Below, one piece after another: positions 41,889 through 51,333 of a DNA stretch of 52,522 nt. The position numbers were made by a program, and so were the translations under genes. The notes beneath the pieces were generated by a model. That model saw only the letters and a list, made by a program, of their open reading frames with translations. It had not been told where the DNA came from and made no database searches. The stretch lies in the IMG/VR virus record IMGVR_UViG_3300037150_000196, positions 1-52,522 of that record; one strand, written 5' to 3'. Source of the DNA: a virus. Its lineage: Duplodnaviria; Caudoviricetes. How positions within the stretch are numbered: the first letter of the stretch is position 1; each line of letters begins with the position of its first letter.

Positions 41889-42421
41889 GTACGCACCGGC
41901 ACCAGGACGTTCTCCTCTAGATCAAGCGTCACGATTAACTCAGCCGTCATTATATCATTGGGCCTAACGCTAGTGGCAAAGTCACAACTAATCTCTTGTC
42001 TAGTTAATCTAACACCGAAAGTATCTTGATCTTTATCTGTCTGGTTGATTGTATAGTTTGTTCGTAAAATACCCAACAAGGAGACGGGGGAATATTCTAA
42101 AGTTACTGGATCACGACCATCGTAATACTGTTGTAATAATTGGTGGGTTGTTTTGGTGTTATTTGCGGTCATAAAATCTTGTCGTTTATCTATAGCGATT
42201 TTAATTTGGATCTTGTGTGTTGTGTGGTCTAAACCAGTCGCTTCGGCCGTAGTTGTACCTGACTGTTTTTCAACTATTAAAGCAGGGAGGTTGGCGGTCG
42301 GAATAGCCCACGGATCACCATCATAATAGGTCGTAAAGGTTGTTTTGAAGTTAGTACGTAGTAAATTTAACACTCTGGCTGTAATCGACGTGTTGAACGT
42401 ATTTAAGGGTAAAGTTGCCAT
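41885..42421 (-). CDS. Tail terminator/completion protein (probable)
   Basis: Synteny; YY.GDP..IP...LPALIV. Confidence 0.6.
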   Translation of the reverse strand: MATLPLNTFNTSITARVLNLLRTNFKTTFTTYYDGDPWAIPTANLPALIVEKQSGTTTAEATGLDHTTHKIQIKIAIDKRQDFMTANNTKTTHQLLQQYYDGRDPVTLEYSPVSLLGILRTNYTINQTDKDQDTFGVRLTRQEISCDFATSVRPNDIMTAELIVTLDLEENVLVPVRT

Positions 42422-42885
42422 TAAATAGAAGCCAATCTAGCTTCAATACCAGCTTGAAATACGTCACCGATAATCTTATTAGTTGCAAAATTAAAACCAA
42501 TCATAGCACGACGTGGTAGGTTTGAGCTTCTCGGTGCTGAGGACTGATGATACTTAAAATATGGAGCGGTATTAGTAACCGTCATCATTGTTGAGTTAGA
42601 CATCGTGACAAAGCTTCCTTGCATCTTGCCACTGGCCACTAAAATACCTTTTCCAAAACCATACTTATTACCCTTATACGTTGCGTATGGTTGACTTAAC
42701 GGTGCCCATCTTTGACCAAGGGCTTGACCATCACTGGCAAAAACATCGCTATTGTAAAATTTCTTAAGTAAACCAGATATTTCTGAAAGTTCGTTTTTAA
42801 AGTTTGATAGAGAAGTTGTCAACTCCTCGAGTTTGTCACCAACTAAATTGCTATTAACTAGGTTTACTTCAACAGAGAGTATCAT
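42421..42885 (-). CDS. Virion morphogenesis protein (Mu gpG-like)
   Basis: F...G....RWAPLS..Y, IL..SG.M..S, Y.KYHQ and LPRR..IG. Confidence 0.8.
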   Translation of the reverse strand: MILSVEVNLVNSNLVGDKLEELTTSLSNFKNELSEISGLLKKFYNSDVFASDGQALGQRWAPLSQPYATYKGNKYGFGKGILVASGKMQGSFVTMSNSTMMTVTNTAPYFKYHQSSAPRSSNLPRRAMIGFNFATNKIIGDVFQAGIEARLASI

Positions 42886-43868
42886 TAAAATATCTTTCCA
42901 CGATAAAACATCGGACCATTATCTCCATTATTACCACCAATACTAGGATCACCAGGAATTCCGGTAGAAGTAGTTGAATTAGGCCAACTATTAACTCCTA
43001 AATCTTCGTCAAGCAGTAAGGAGTGACCAAACTGATCCAGTAAGGTCATCTCACGGTCAACAATCATCTGTAACTTAACCTCGCCTTCGGTAGCTTTAGA
43101 ATCGCCCTCATCTTGTTTTGGTGAGAATTGACCATACTGTTGTTGCTGTAAAGTCCAACCAGCAGCAATTAATGTAGCTATTCTACCTAAAATAGGCGGA
43201 TAGGGAGTAGGAAGTGGAATATCGTAACTGTTATGTAGTCGGTCGTTTATATAATCTTCAGCAGCCGAGCGCATCTCATCTAATACCTGATCAGTAACAG
43301 CTGGGACGTTCATTAATCCAGCCTCATTTCTAATCCTGTCTATGGTGGTAAAGTGGCCTACTTGACCACCAATAACCCAGGTGGCGTCTGTGATAGGGGT
43401 CTCATCAGTCGTTAAACTGTTCTGATAAGTATAACCGTAGTAAAAGGCAGATCCTCCGGAGGTATCAGTGTATTCGGTATTATAAGATATAGGATCAATT
43501 TCAACTATTTGAATCGAGGTTGGAGTCGTTACTGTTGGATCGGGAACGCCAGCACCAGTGTTGGGAATACGATAAAAATCAATCGAATCTCCATAAGCAA
43601 CGAAGATTTGTTCGTAAATATTATGCTCATAGATTAAAGCCGTGGTTAAGGTCACCACTAATCCAGTAATAGACTGAACAAAAACCCTTTCCATATTCTG
43701 GTTAGTCGGCGAACCAAAGAATAGTGGGTCGTTAATATCTATCTCCGCAACGGTAGCAACACTAAGAGTAGTTGCACCAATAAGGGCATCGCTCGTTAAA
43801 CTACTACTACCTTTCTGGTTTGCTGGATCGAAGTTGGCTGCAACTAGGTTTGTGGCTATTAGTGACAT
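42885..43868 (-). CDS. Head-tail adaptor (gp36/gp6-like) with an N-terminal beta extension
   Basis: C-terminal half T.D.IR...AE.YIN..L...Y.IPL...P.IL..IA..IAA. Confidence 0.65.
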   Translation of the reverse strand: MSLIATNLVAANFDPANQKGSSSLTSDALIGATTLSVATVAEIDINDPLFFGSPTNQNMERVFVQSITGLVVTLTTALIYEHNIYEQIFVAYGDSIDFYRIPNTGAGVPDPTVTTPTSIQIVEIDPISYNTEYTDTSGGSAFYYGYTYQNSLTTDETPITDATWVIGGQVGHFTTIDRIRNEAGLMNVPAVTDQVLDEMRSAAEDYINDRLHNSYDIPLPTPYPPILGRIATLIAAGWTLQQQQYGQFSPKQDEGDSKATEGEVKLQMIVDREMTLLDQFGHSLLLDEDLGVNSWPNSTTSTGIPGDPSIGGNNGDNGPMFYRGKIF

Positions 43869-46800
43869 TATTTTCTTTCTGTTTTAAGTATTGTCCTGTA
43901 AATTGCTTGCGTCAATATAGCTATTTCTTTAGCCTGACTTAATATGGTCTGGTTGTATGATTTAATATTACTAAACATGACAACCTTAGCCTTGCCTAAT
44001 TGGGTTTTGGTGGTTGTTTGTTTAATCGATCCCTTGCCAAGTTGAATTTGATTTGTAATTCCAAGTATATTGGCCTTACCTATCTGAGTTTTAAGACTCG
44101 TAACGGTTATCCGTGCCTTACCAGTAATTGTCTCGGTATCTGTAACTTTAATCGATGCCTTACCGAGTTGGTTCTGAGTGATGGAGCTCTTTATTCGTGC
44201 TTTACCTAGATTGGTTTGAGTGGTGATTCCTACTATCCTAGCCTTACCTAATTGGGTTTTAAGGTCGGTTAGGGATATACGCCCCTTACCTGTTTGTGTC
44301 TTGGTAGAAGTAACGGTAATCCTCGCTTTACCTGTCTGAGTATGTGTTGGAGAGCTACCAATATTGGCCATTCCCAATTGAGTCTGGGTAGTGGTCTTCT
44401 TGATCGCCGCCTTACCCGTCTGAGTTTTAGTAGTCGAAGATGTAACACGAGCTTTACCGGTAATGGTTTTTGTATCAATTAGGGTTATTCTTGACTTACC
44501 CAGTTGGGTCTTTAGATCCGTAACAATTAAACGAGCCTTACCAATCTGGGTCTGAGAAGTGGTATTGGCGATATCAGCCCTACCAGTAATCGTCTTGGTA
44601 GTTGCCGTAGTAATAATAATATTAGCCTTACCGAGTTGAGTCTGAGTGCTAGTTAGGGTTATTCTTCCCCTACCAGTAATGGTTTCGGGCGTTGTATTAG
44701 TAATACGCGACTTACCGTTCTGGGTCTTCAATATTACATTAGTAACTCTCGCTTTACCTAGTTGAGTCTGATCGGTCGTATTGGTTATCTTAGCCTTACC
44801 AGCAATGGTTTGAAGTGTTGTATTTTTAATTGCCGCTTTACCAACAATTGTTTTGACAGTGTTATTTCTTATATTGCCTTTACCTAATTGGGTTCTTGTT
44901 GTCGATGACGTTACGGTAATATTGGCCTTACCCAGCTGGGTTTGAGTGGTTGTGTTAGTTACTTTAGCCTTACCCGTAATTGTTTGGGTCGTTTTAGCGG
45001 TGATCCTTGACTTACCCAAAATTGTTTTAGTTGTAGTGACGATGACTCGGGCTTTGCCCAACTGGGTCTTTACAGATGTCTCGGTGATACGTCCCTTACC
45101 CGCTTGAGTCCTAGAAGTCTTGGCCGTAACTCTTGCTTTGCCCAACTGGGTATGAGTGGTCTGGGCTGTTATTCTACTCTTACCATATTGAGTCCGGTTA
45201 GTGGTATTGATAATATTTGCTTTGCCCAACTGGGTTTGAGGAGTCTGCAGAGTAATACGCGTAATTCCTAACTGCGTCTGTTGTGTCTGGGCAGTAATCC
45301 GTGATTTACCCACTAGCGTCTGGGTGGTTATTTGAAGTACGGAAGCTTTACCTAGTTGAGTTTGAGTGGTGGTCGCAGTAATCCGTGATTTACCGGATTG
45401 GGTTTTGTTAGTAAATATGGCAATGCTAGCCTTACCCAACTGGGTTTGGGTAGTTGTTGCTTTAATGTTAGCTTTACCGGTCTGGGTCTTGGAAGTAGTG
45501 GCGAATATATTGGCTTTACCTAATTGGGTATGAGGAATGATACGGGGCAACGGCTTAAAGGCAAGTACTATCATAGCCCAGTCGTCTGAGGCTGATCCTG
45601 TATAAGTATCTGTATAGCTACCCACTAAAGATCCAAGTAGATAGTCCATCGCACCTAGCGTAGAGCTCGTTGTATCGTTACTTAGTTGTTTCTGATTAGT
45701 GGTTGCGGATGTTGAGCTATTTCGAGAAAGTGTTCCTACGATCAAGTCACTTGGGTCAACAGTAGTAACACTGACAGCTGGATTACCCGATGTTCCCGTA
45801 GCTGTATTATAAGCGTCCGGTTGAAGAGACTGGTATACACCCGTGAATGAAGCTGAAGTAAACTTATTGGAAGTAACCGCTCCCGCAATTACAACCGTGA
45901 TGGTTTGTGTGCCGGTTGTTGGACCGAGGAGATACCACATCTCAGCCGCCATATTATTCTGATTAAGATTGGTGACCTTAACTAGAGATTGTATTCCATA
46001 AGTAATACTGGTTATCGTTCCTGTGCCAGCAACGGTCTGATAGATATCGGCAGCAACAATTAATATAGAATTAGAACCAGTTACGGTGTGGCTCCAACTC
46101 AGTGAAGTGCTGGTTGTGGAAGTATCGAAAGCGGTCGGAGTTATCCACGCTTTACCACTCTGATTCTGCGTAGTAGTATTCTTAATTGAGGCTTTACCCG
46201 ACTGAGTCTGGGTATCTGTTTTCTGAATTCGTGCCTTACCAAGTTGAGTTTGGGTATCTGTCTTTTGAACTCGAGATTTACCCAACTGAGTCTTGGTATC
46301 AGTTACCTTAATCCGTGCTTTACCAGTTTGAGTACGGGTATCCGTTAAACCAATGCGTCCTTTTCCAAGCTGAGTGTGAGTAGTGACAGCATTTCCCGAT
46401 GAGGCCAAGTTTCCAATCGCTAGAACGGTTTCCGTCCAATTTTGAGATTGAGAGATACTATATCCTTCAGTATAGGTATTAGGAGTTGTAACAAGTCTGT
46501 AACCAGCACCAGCTCCGTCTGGCATTGTGCCATTATTAAGAGCTATTTTATTAATAGTCTGACCATTAGAAGCAGTAAATCCAGCAGAAGAAGACCCAGT
46601 ACTACTAATAAGAGCAACAGCATCAAGAAGCATATCTCCTGCGCTTAGAGTGGTTATATTTTCAGTCGGAGTAACGCCTGTGCCTGATGTTTGAGCAACT
46701 ACTTCGGGGGCGACGTTCTTACAGTTATTAAAGGCATAAGCGGCAATACCATAATAAGTGTTACCACTAAAATTAACGACAATATTATAAGTTGTTGTGC

Positions 46801-47131
46801 CAACATTACCAAGCCAAAAAATTTGAGTATGAACATTTCCTGAGACCCCAGCATTAGTATCTTGGCTTGAGCCAATTTGAGTCATACTAACCCCATTAAA
46901 GGTTACTCCAGTCGCTGTAATAGCAGGGTCAGCTACGAAAACTTCAACGTAAAGGTTTACATTAGAGCCGACATGAAAAGAGAAAGCAAAAGTATCACTG
47001 GAAGATTGCACCCCACTAATACTGGTTGAGTTAATATTATTATTCCAAACAATACCTGGTGGGGGCTGAATAAAAAGATTAAACCTATCTACTAACGGCT
47101 TATGCGGTTGCCCACGCCCAAAACGTGCCAT
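43868..47131 (-). CDS. 1087-aa fibre-like virion protein with more than 40 ~14-aa T-x-T-Q-L-G-K-A-R-I repeats and two related globular domains
   Basis: Repeats are visible directly in the translation; lies in the structural cluster. Confidence 0.75.
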   Translation of the reverse strand: MARFGRGQPHKPLVDRFNLFIQPPPGIVWNNNINSTSISGVQSSSDTFAFSFHVGSNVNLYVEVFVADPAITATGVTFNGVSMTQIGSSQDTNAGVSGNVHTQIFWLGNVGTTTYNIVVNFSGNTYYGIAAYAFNNCKNVAPEVVAQTSGTGVTPTENITTLSAGDMLLDAVALISSTGSSSAGFTASNGQTINKIALNNGTMPDGAGAGYRLVTTPNTYTEGYSISQSQNWTETVLAIGNLASSGNAVTTHTQLGKGRIGLTDTRTQTGKARIKVTDTKTQLGKSRVQKTDTQTQLGKARIQKTDTQTQSGKASIKNTTTQNQSGKAWITPTAFDTSTTSTSLSWSHTVTGSNSILIVAADIYQTVAGTGTITSITYGIQSLVKVTNLNQNNMAAEMWYLLGPTTGTQTITVVIAGAVTSNKFTSASFTGVYQSLQPDAYNTATGTSGNPAVSVTTVDPSDLIVGTLSRNSSTSATTNQKQLSNDTTSSTLGAMDYLLGSLVGSYTDTYTGSASDDWAMIVLAFKPLPRIIPHTQLGKANIFATTSKTQTGKANIKATTTQTQLGKASIAIFTNKTQSGKSRITATTTQTQLGKASVLQITTQTLVGKSRITAQTQQTQLGITRITLQTPQTQLGKANIINTTNRTQYGKSRITAQTTHTQLGKARVTAKTSRTQAGKGRITETSVKTQLGKARVIVTTTKTILGKSRITAKTTQTITGKAKVTNTTTQTQLGKANITVTSSTTRTQLGKGNIRNNTVKTIVGKAAIKNTTLQTIAGKAKITNTTDQTQLGKARVTNVILKTQNGKSRITNTTPETITGRGRITLTSTQTQLGKANIIITTATTKTITGRADIANTTSQTQIGKARLIVTDLKTQLGKSRITLIDTKTITGKARVTSSTTKTQTGKAAIKKTTTQTQLGMANIGSSPTHTQTGKARITVTSTKTQTGKGRISLTDLKTQLGKARIVGITTQTNLGKARIKSSITQNQLGKASIKVTDTETITGKARITVTSLKTQIGKANILGITNQIQLGKGSIKQTTTKTQLGKAKVVMFSNIKSYNQTILSQAKEIAILTQAIYRTILKTERK

Positions 47132-47995
47132 CTACCAACTAGCAGCTCTTTTAACTGCCTGTAAAATAGGTTTTTGTTGTTGAGCGATAAAAGCTGGTGT
47201 ATAGGTAATAACGATAAGACCACCAGCACCAGTTCCAGAAACTCCTTGACTAGAAGTACCGCCGCCGCCGCCGCCGTAGCTTCCGCCATTTCCGGCATTA
47301 TAAAGACCACTACCGCCGCCGCCGCCGCCAGAACCAACAGTTCCCGAAGCAGGCGACCCATTAAGGTTAGTGTATGTCCACTCGGTACCAGCACCCCCGT
47401 TACCACCATACGTAGAACCACTACCGCCGCCGCCGCCGCTGGTTCCATTACTGGCGGTGCCGCCAGAGCTTCCGGCGCCGCCCGTACCGGTACCGCCAAA
47501 ACCAGAATTACCGCCGGCAGCCCACTCCGTACCTCCAGCCGTGCCGTTATCGGCCCCGCCGCCGCCGCCATAAATAGTACCACCAGCGCCGCCAGCGCCA
47601 AGGGGACCACCAGCGCCACCGCCACCGCCAATCTCAGCGCCGCCAGCGCCACCAGCATATTTGAGTGTTCCCACTGAGTTAGCCGTTGCGCCCCCTGGGG
47701 GACTACCACTCGTTCCCGAGCGTCCATAATCGGCTACGAGTGGCCCCGTAGAACTACCAAACCAGGTAGTAGAATATCCACCGGCTGAACCAATGTTCAC
47801 CGAAATTGACCCACTGCCCGACCAGTTGCTAATCTTCGCATAGGCGCCGCCGCCGCCGCCACTACCGCCGCCGCCGCTGTTGGTTGCGCCATTTCCTCCC
47901 GAACCTAAGGCTTCAATCGTATTATTGGAGGCGTTCCAGTCTCCAGGAACCGTCCAGGAAGTACCGGTTGTAAGGGCAATAACTACAGTAGCCAT
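47132..47995 (-). CDS. Glycine-rich virion protein
   Basis: SWTVP...IEALG.GG.G...GGGGGAY and G.IVITY motifs. Confidence 0.75.
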   Translation of the reverse strand: MATVVIALTTGTSWTVPGDWNASNNTIEALGSGGNGATNSGGGGSGGGGGAYAKISNWSGSGSISVNIGSAGGYSTTWFGSSTGPLVADYGRSGTSGSPPGGATANSVGTLKYAGGAGGAEIGGGGGAGGPLGAGGAGGTIYGGGGGADNGTAGGTEWAAGGNSGFGGTGTGGAGSSGGTASNGTSGGGGGSGSTYGGNGGAGTEWTYTNLNGSPASGTVGSGGGGGGSGLYNAGNGGSYGGGGGGTSSQGVSGTGAGGLIVITYTPAFIAQQQKPILQAVKRAASW

Positions 47996-48011
47996 TGGGT
48001 CTTACTCCCGA

Positions 48012-48512
48012 CTAAATTTCTACTTCGATATAACAAATGGCGTTGACAGCTGCCCCAGCCGTCACTCTAACACGACAAGCGTTACCGATAACCAAAACTG
48101 GCTCTTGTCCCAATGGGAATTGATAAACGTATTGGTTAGTTGGAGCAACTAACTGAGCGTCAAACATACGTGTAGTTGTAATGGAACCTTCTGAGGTACA
48201 AGTATATCCAGTCGCTGAAGTGCCTTCAGTTAGACCAGCTATTGAAGCGACGGCTTGGTCAGCTCCGTTTTGCTTAACACAGTCAGCATCTGCTGAAGCG
48301 GTCACTGTTCCAAAGACTGTCCCCGTTTCTAGTAATTCACATTTAATTGGCGTAGCTGCGGCTGAGCCGTCAAAACTAATGCCCCAAGATACTATTTTGG
48401 CTTGGTTAAATGGTTTTAATTGTAAAAGAGTCTTAATCGCTGTACCTGTCGTCACTGCTACCTGTGCCGCTGTTGTTGGTGCGGGTCCATTCCAGACTTT
48501 ATATCGTGCCAT
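48012..48512 (-). CDS. Structural protein (beta-sandwich, hypothetical)
   Basis: In the ORF track; coupled to its neighbours. Confidence 0.65.
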   Translation of the reverse strand: MARYKVWNGPAPTTAAQVAVTTGTAIKTLLQLKPFNQAKIVSWGISFDGSAAATPIKCELLETGTVFGTVTASADADCVKQNGADQAVASIAGLTEGTSATGYTCTSEGSITTTRMFDAQLVAPTNQYVYQFPLGQEPVLVIGNACRVRVTAGAAVNAICYIEVEI

Positions 48513-48727
48513 TAGGAAGCCCCCATCTCTGTATTGTAAGCAGCAAAAGCAGCCGTTAGTTCATCATCTGTGTAGTTGGGCGAGAAGCGCAAAACCTCAT
48601 CGTTATAAGTTACTTTAATTACGTTACTAACATTTCCACCATCATCTGTTTCTTCTACCAATCCAACACTCCAAGTCGCTAGGGCTTGGTCGTTGACACT
48701 CCATAACTGGGCTGTTGTTATATCCAT
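48512..48727 (-). CDS. Small acidic protein (distant paralog of 49257..49562)
   Basis: Shared TWSV...I..T...L.F....T.(D/E)EL pattern. Confidence 0.55.
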   Translation of the reverse strand: MDITTAQLWSVNDQALATWSVGLVEETDDGGNVSNVIKVTYNDEVLRFSPNYTDDELTAAFAAYNTEMGAS

Positions 48728-48850
48728 TTATTTCCTTTCTTAGTTTACTGCTATTGTTTGTTTTACGTTCTTGCCGTCTACTAAACTGAAAACCTTTCTG
48801 CATTTTTTGCAAAATACACTAACTTGTGAATACTCTCTTGGTCTTCCCAT

Positions 48851-49279
48851 TTAACTTACCGCCAAAGTAGTTTGTTTATTGCGACCACTACTATCCGTAC
48901 ACTGCCAACCGATAAAATACCGGTTAACATACCTATTTTGGACATCTCCTTGAAAATCTATCCGTGACTCACGGAAATATATCAGACGAAGCTTATGTTC
49001 TTCTGGCACAAAATACTGATCATGGATAGCAATCGTTACTCCATTAACGGTAAAAAGACCGTTCCTTAAGTCAACGGCGATAGTTTCGTCTGTGTCCGGA
49101 TTATACAACGAAAAAGCAACGAGTTCATCTTCACGAGCCAGTACGTCACTAAACGCACTTGGATTATGTTCAGCCCCTTCAACGTGGTTCTGCGAACGGT
49201 CGTCTTCTGGCTGATTGAGAATTGTCCCATCAGAGAAGATAGCCCTAAAAAGCCACTTAAGCGGTTGGGATGTTGTCAT
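48851..49279 (-). CDS. Hypothetical protein
   Basis: LF.A.FSDG...Q..D.S, VDL..G.F.VNG, RLIYFR and Y.IGWQ. Confidence 0.65.
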   Translation of the reverse strand: MTTSQPLKWLFRAIFSDGTILNQPEDDRSQNHVEGAEHNPSAFSDVLAREDELVAFSLYNPDTDETIAVDLRNGLFTVNGVTIAIHDQYFVPEEHKLRLIYFRESRIDFQGDVQNRYVNRYFIGWQCTDSSGRNKQTTLAVS

Positions 49280-49562
49280 TGGATTGACCTTCTGGGATTG
49301 TATTCCCGTTTAATTGTTCGACTAATGCTTTATCGGCTTCGGCTTGAGCAACTTGAGCCGCTTCCATTTCTGGTGTGATAACTTCTTGGCCTTGACCAGC
49401 TTTCTCAGTTGCGTCAACCATTTCTTGAAGTTGTTCTTCAGTAGTCCCACCTGGGAACTTTAAGAAGTGGCCATCAGAAAAAGTGGCAACAATCTCGTCA
49501 TTACCGTCTACAGACCATGTTACATCTTCTTCTAACTGTGTAAATGTGTTAAATACTTGCAT
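49257..49562 (-). CDS. Small acidic protein
   Basis: AAAGGA SD. Confidence 0.6.
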   Translation of the reverse strand: MQVFNTFTQLEEDVTWSVDGNDEIVATFSDGHFLKFPGGTTEEQLQEMVDATEKAGQGQEVITPEMEAAQVAQAEADKALVEQLNGNTIPEGQSNDNIPTA

Positions 49563-49649
49563 TTAATTTTCCTTTCTTTAAAAATAATTATATAAGTCAA
49601 GCGTCAATCTTTTGGCCAGTCTTGTCAATACTTTTTTTATAGTGTTTAA

Positions 49650-50423
49650 CTAAGAGAACTTTTTACGATCCTTGTAGTCTCTTTTACACTGCCGGCATTG
49701 GCGGTGAATAAAACCGTCTGGCGTGACCCATTTATAGGTATTTACTTCATCCAGGGGGTGTCCATGTTTGCACACCAATTTACCATCATTGCCATTAGAC
49801 CGCGGAGGTTCAGTTCTCAAAAGACGCTTTCTGGCGTTATATTTAGCAGACCTTATCGCAGAGGAACTTTTACCTAGCAATTTAGCTTCGTCTAATACTT
49901 CACTATGAGTACGTCTTGATTTAAACTCTAGTTCTAGTGGGTAATACTCTTCTGGAATTTTATTGCCATGCATATCTACACCTCTATTAAGTTCGTGAGG
50001 ACAATATTTTCCAGAGCGTTTACCAAGATTGCAGTTAGCACATAAAACTTGGAGTTTAATATCTTGTGGGTAGTTATTTTGCTTTAACCAATAATAGAGT
50101 TGCGTACCGCCCATAATTCCCTTCTTGGACCACTCCTTACGGTAAAGATAGCCATCACCATTTATATGATCAAGATGAAGAAACTTTATCTCTTTCTCCC
50201 CACAACAACAACAAACAGCACCGCCATAATGGTTAAAAACCTCTAAGCGTATTTTATTATAGGATCTAATCTGGCCAGCCCTATGCTTGTCTTTGTTTTC
50301 TCTCCGCCACTTCCTAGAACGCTCAGCAGCTTGTTCCTTATTTTTTAATCCCTTTTCTGTTTTGAACCACTCACGCATATAAGCGGTATGTTTATTTGGA
50401 TCTTCTTGTTTCCACTTTGACAT
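49650..50423 (-). CDS. Free-standing HNH homing endonuclease
   Basis: YGG..C.CCGE...FL.LDHINGDG...LQVLCANCN, plus C-terminal CKHGH...NTY...R.CR.C. Confidence 0.85.
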   Translation of the reverse strand: MSKWKQEDPNKHTAYMREWFKTEKGLKNKEQAAERSRKWRRENKDKHRAGQIRSYNKIRLEVFNHYGGAVCCCCGEKEIKFLHLDHINGDGYLYRKEWSKKGIMGGTQLYYWLKQNNYPQDIKLQVLCANCNLGKRSGKYCPHELNRGVDMHGNKIPEEYYPLELEFKSRRTHSEVLDEAKLLGKSSSAIRSAKYNARKRLLRTEPPRSNGNDGKLVCKHGHPLDEVNTYKWVTPDGFIHRQCRQCKRDYKDRKKFS

Positions 50424-50426
50424 AAA

Positions 50427-50475
50427 AACTCCTATTTCTAGGAGTTATTATGCACTAGTTTTGCCTACCCGTCAA
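50427..50475 (-). promoter_or_regulatory. Promoter overlapping an SD-sequestering hairpin of the HNH gene
   Basis: TTGACG-17-CATAAT, then AACTCCTA-GAAA-TAGGAGTT containing the SD. Confidence 0.7.
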
Positions 50476-50507
50476 GTATAAATTATACGATATATGTAAT
50501 TAACAGG

Positions 50508-51293
50508 TTAATTTTCATTATATTGCATGGTCATACTGGCTTGTGCCGTGTCACCAGCAGCTGCACTTGTTGTTGTCTGAAGCTGTGTTGGGAGATACTG
50601 GGAGTAACCAGAAGATGTAATAGCAGCGGTTGGGGTAGCTGCGTATGGCCCTGTCGTGTTGAACCAGACTACAATACCAGAACCAATCGATACAGCGGAG
50701 GTAATATCTTTAGTAAGGTTGGCATTCGTTGTTGTAGAAGGGGTAGCGTAAACAGCGTAGTTGGTAAAGGCTGAAAAGGTAAGTGTTGCGTCACCTGTAC
50801 CCGACGCTTTGGTCAAAGTACCAGATGCCGTTGGGCTGGCTGTTGGAGAAGCTGTCGACATAATAACGGACGTTGACGAAGCGACTGTTGCAACTACGGT
50901 AAGGGTAATACTGTTATTAGTGTAAGTTGCTCCAACTGTAGCGTTACCACTTGATATTGTGAATAGGAATTGACATCCACCAGCACCACCATCGGTTGCG
51001 CCTTTAAGAGTTAGGCCTGTACCAAGCGCACCAGCAGTATGAGCAAAAAGACCAGCTGAAATTTGGTTAAATGAACCAGTGAAAGAGCCGTACTGATATT
51101 TGGTGTATGAGTTATTTCCAGCTGTAATTGGAGCAGCTGAGTAAGCCGTACCTGAGTTTACGGTATTGTCATCGACGTTTTTCCAGTTGACGTCTGTTGG
51201 GTAGTGAGTATCCGCCCCAAAACCCGATTGAGTTGTTCCGTGTGAACTCGTTAAAGTTCCGTTATCTTCGCACCAGTTAAAAGTTGCTGAAAT
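50508..51293 (-). CDS. Virion structural protein (261 aa), probable ATT start at 51293
   Basis: The frame of track ORF 50508..50861 is open 144 codons further upstream (SATFNWCEDNG...) up to an in-frame TAG, with no ATG, GTG or TTG in that stretch. Confidence 0.7.
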   Translation of the reverse strand: MSATFNWCEDNGTLTSSHGTTQSGFGADTHYPTDVNWKNVDDNTVNSGTAYSAAPITAGNNSYTKYQYGSFTGSFNQISAGLFAHTAGALGTGLTLKGATDGGAGGCQFLFTISSGNATVGATYTNNSITLTVVATVASSTSVIMSTASPTASPTASGTLTKASGTGDATLTFSAFTNYAVYATPSTTTNANLTKDITSAVSIGSGIVVWFNTTGPYAATPTAAITSSGYSQYLPTQLQTTTSAAAGDTAQASMTMQYNEN

Positions 51294-51333
51294 TTTGTTA
51301 CCCTACACTCTCTAGTTATATTAATATAACTTA

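Noticed and set aside
47092-47727. 211-aa alternative-frame ORF in the Gly-rich gene
   Set aside because: Produced by GGC/GGT repeats that lack stop codons.
32853-47995. Diversity-generating retroelement acting on fibre genes
   Set aside because: No reverse transcriptase ORF, and I noticed no TR/VR pair with adenine-specific mismatches.
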